From positions 1-6,641 of the IMG/VR virus record IMGVR_UViG_2681813261_000025: a stretch of 6,641 nucleotides of DNA; one strand, written 5' to 3'. A program made the translations under genes and the position numbers. The notes beneath the pieces were generated by a model. That model was not told where the DNA came from. It saw only the letters and a program-made list of their open reading frames with translations, and did no database searches. Of this stretch, positions 6,151 through 6,641 are shown piece by piece. Every line of letters starts with the position of its first letter. The first letter of the stretch is position 1. The DNA is from a virus. Its lineage: Duplodnaviria > Heunggongvirae > Uroviricota > Caudoviricetes.

Positions 6151-6641
6151 GCAAGCCTCACAATATAGTTAAATGCGATGTTTTTGACGGTGTTTTCCGC
6201 GTTACCAGCAGCGTTAACGGTGATGGTGTGTCCATGTGAACCAATCGCAACGGAGTGCGTATGAGCACCAATACCGACAGTATGTGCGTGAGCACCTGCG
6301 CTTGCGGCACTACCGGATAACGAGTGGGTATGTGCTCCATCTGATGATGTCTTCCCTGATATACGGGCCATACCTTGGCCACCTTGCCGTGGTACAACTG
6401 GTTTGTTTGTGACTGAAACCTGGGTATAACCGTTAGGAAAGAGATCACCATCATTAGTATTCGCATATGGTCCAGAACTATGGTGTTGGTGCCCACCTGC
6501 ACTATTTGCAGTCCCGCTAATACTATGGGTATGCGCCCCGGTGTTATTCGTGGATTTGGTTCCGTAATCAAACGACGATGTGGTTTTCGTCCCCAAATCC
6601 GTACTGGATGCGCTGGCGCTGTGGGTGTGCGATTTAATGCC
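6147..6641 (-). CDS. stf: Side tail fibre protein, C-terminal portion (5' end lies beyond the window)
   Basis: The reading frame is open to the window edge ([15 protein letters not shown] precedes the track's TTG start at 6596), so the gene is partial. The product has Gly/Ser/Thr-rich sequence with multiple GAHTHS / GAHAHT / GSHGHT repeats typical of T4 gp37 / lambda Stf-type fibres, and ends [15 protein letters not shown]. It is in the same orientation as tfa and upstream of it. Confidence 0.85.
   Translation of the reverse strand, partial: GIKSHTHSASASSTDLGTKTTSSFDYGTKSTNNTGAHTHSISGTANSAGGHQHHSSGPYANTNDGDLFPNGYTQVSVTNKPVVPRQGGQGMARISGKTSSDGAHTHSLSGSAASAGAHAHTVGIGAHTHSVAIGSHGHTITVNAAGNAENTVKNIAFNYIVRLA

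Noticed and set aside
6147-6190. Possible -1 programmed frameshift fusing the tail fibre to the macro-domain ORF, suggested by the ATGA overlap and an A-rich GTCAAAAAC stretch 30 nt upstream of the fibre stop
   Set aside because: Reading the -1 (macro) frame upstream of its ATG hits a TAA stop between the A-run and the ATG (within TTTAACTAT on the - strand), so a shift at the A-run would terminate at once. The overlap is better explained as translational coupling of two separate proteins.
4672-6571. Plus- and minus-strand alternative ORFs within the tfa, macro-domain and tail-fibre genes (for example 4672..4950, 4728..4916, 4894..5094, 5269..5469, 5584..5766, 5694..5876, 5969..6172, 6158..6571)
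   Set aside because: They overlap genes with strong protein-level support (near-identity to lambda Tfa as recalled, macro motifs, GxHxH fibre repeats). The 137-aa ORF at 6158..6571 is just another frame of the His/Thr-rich fibre repeat DNA.
6230-6640. Repetitive DNA in the tail-fibre gene (recurring GTGNGTATGNGCACC-like units) as a possible CRISPR array or tandem repeat
   Set aside because: The repeats are in-frame codon repeats for GAHTHS-type fibre motifs, of irregular spacing and imperfect identity, with no spacer/repeat periodicity; no CRISPR array is present.
4658-6641. Invertible tail-fibre segment (Mu G / P1 C / e14 P-type shufflon) with an alternative fibre tip
   Set aside because: All three genes are co-oriented, I see no inverted duplicate of the fibre C-terminus or tfa, and no invertase gene or recognisable crossover-site pair is in the window. 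The tail-fibre-like repeats in the macro ORF are in direct orientation. An invertase could still lie outside the window.
1-6641. tRNA, rRNA or other structured RNA genes
   Set aside because: I found no cloverleaf-compatible stretch with conserved tRNA elements and no rRNA-like sequence by eye; nearly all of the window is accounted for by protein-coding genes and short intergenic control regions. A covariance-model scan would be needed to exclude small RNAs in 1957..2274 and 4537..4657.

Overview
This window reads as a mosaic phage-plasmid-like segment. Left to right: a GIY-YIG nuclease-domain gene (+ strand, interrupted by a 21-nt N-run), a type Ib ParA/small-ParB partition operon (- strand), a DUF1778-antitoxin/GNAT-toxin pair of the AtaR-AtaT/TacA-TacT family (+ strand), and on the - strand a late-gene block ending in a lysis-like cassette (holin-like, endolysin-like, overlapping spanin-like pair), a lambda-type tail fiber assembly gene, and the 3' end of a side-tail-fibre gene. 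The most unusual feature is a 300-aa ORF wedged between the tail-fibre gene and tfa, with an ATGA stop/start overlap: its N-terminal ~185 aa carries macro-domain (ADP-ribose binding/hydrolase) motifs and its C-terminal ~110 aa is a Cys/His-rich module with the same GxHxH repeats as the tail fibre. The lysis cassette is also atypical: both its 'holin' and 'endolysin' candidates are tail-anchored by a single C-terminal transmembrane segment, and the endolysin candidate shows no catalytic motif I can recognise. All calls rest on reading the translations and DNA by eye; no database search was run, so family assignments are motif-based and the specific homologies (lambda Tfa, AtaT) are from memory.
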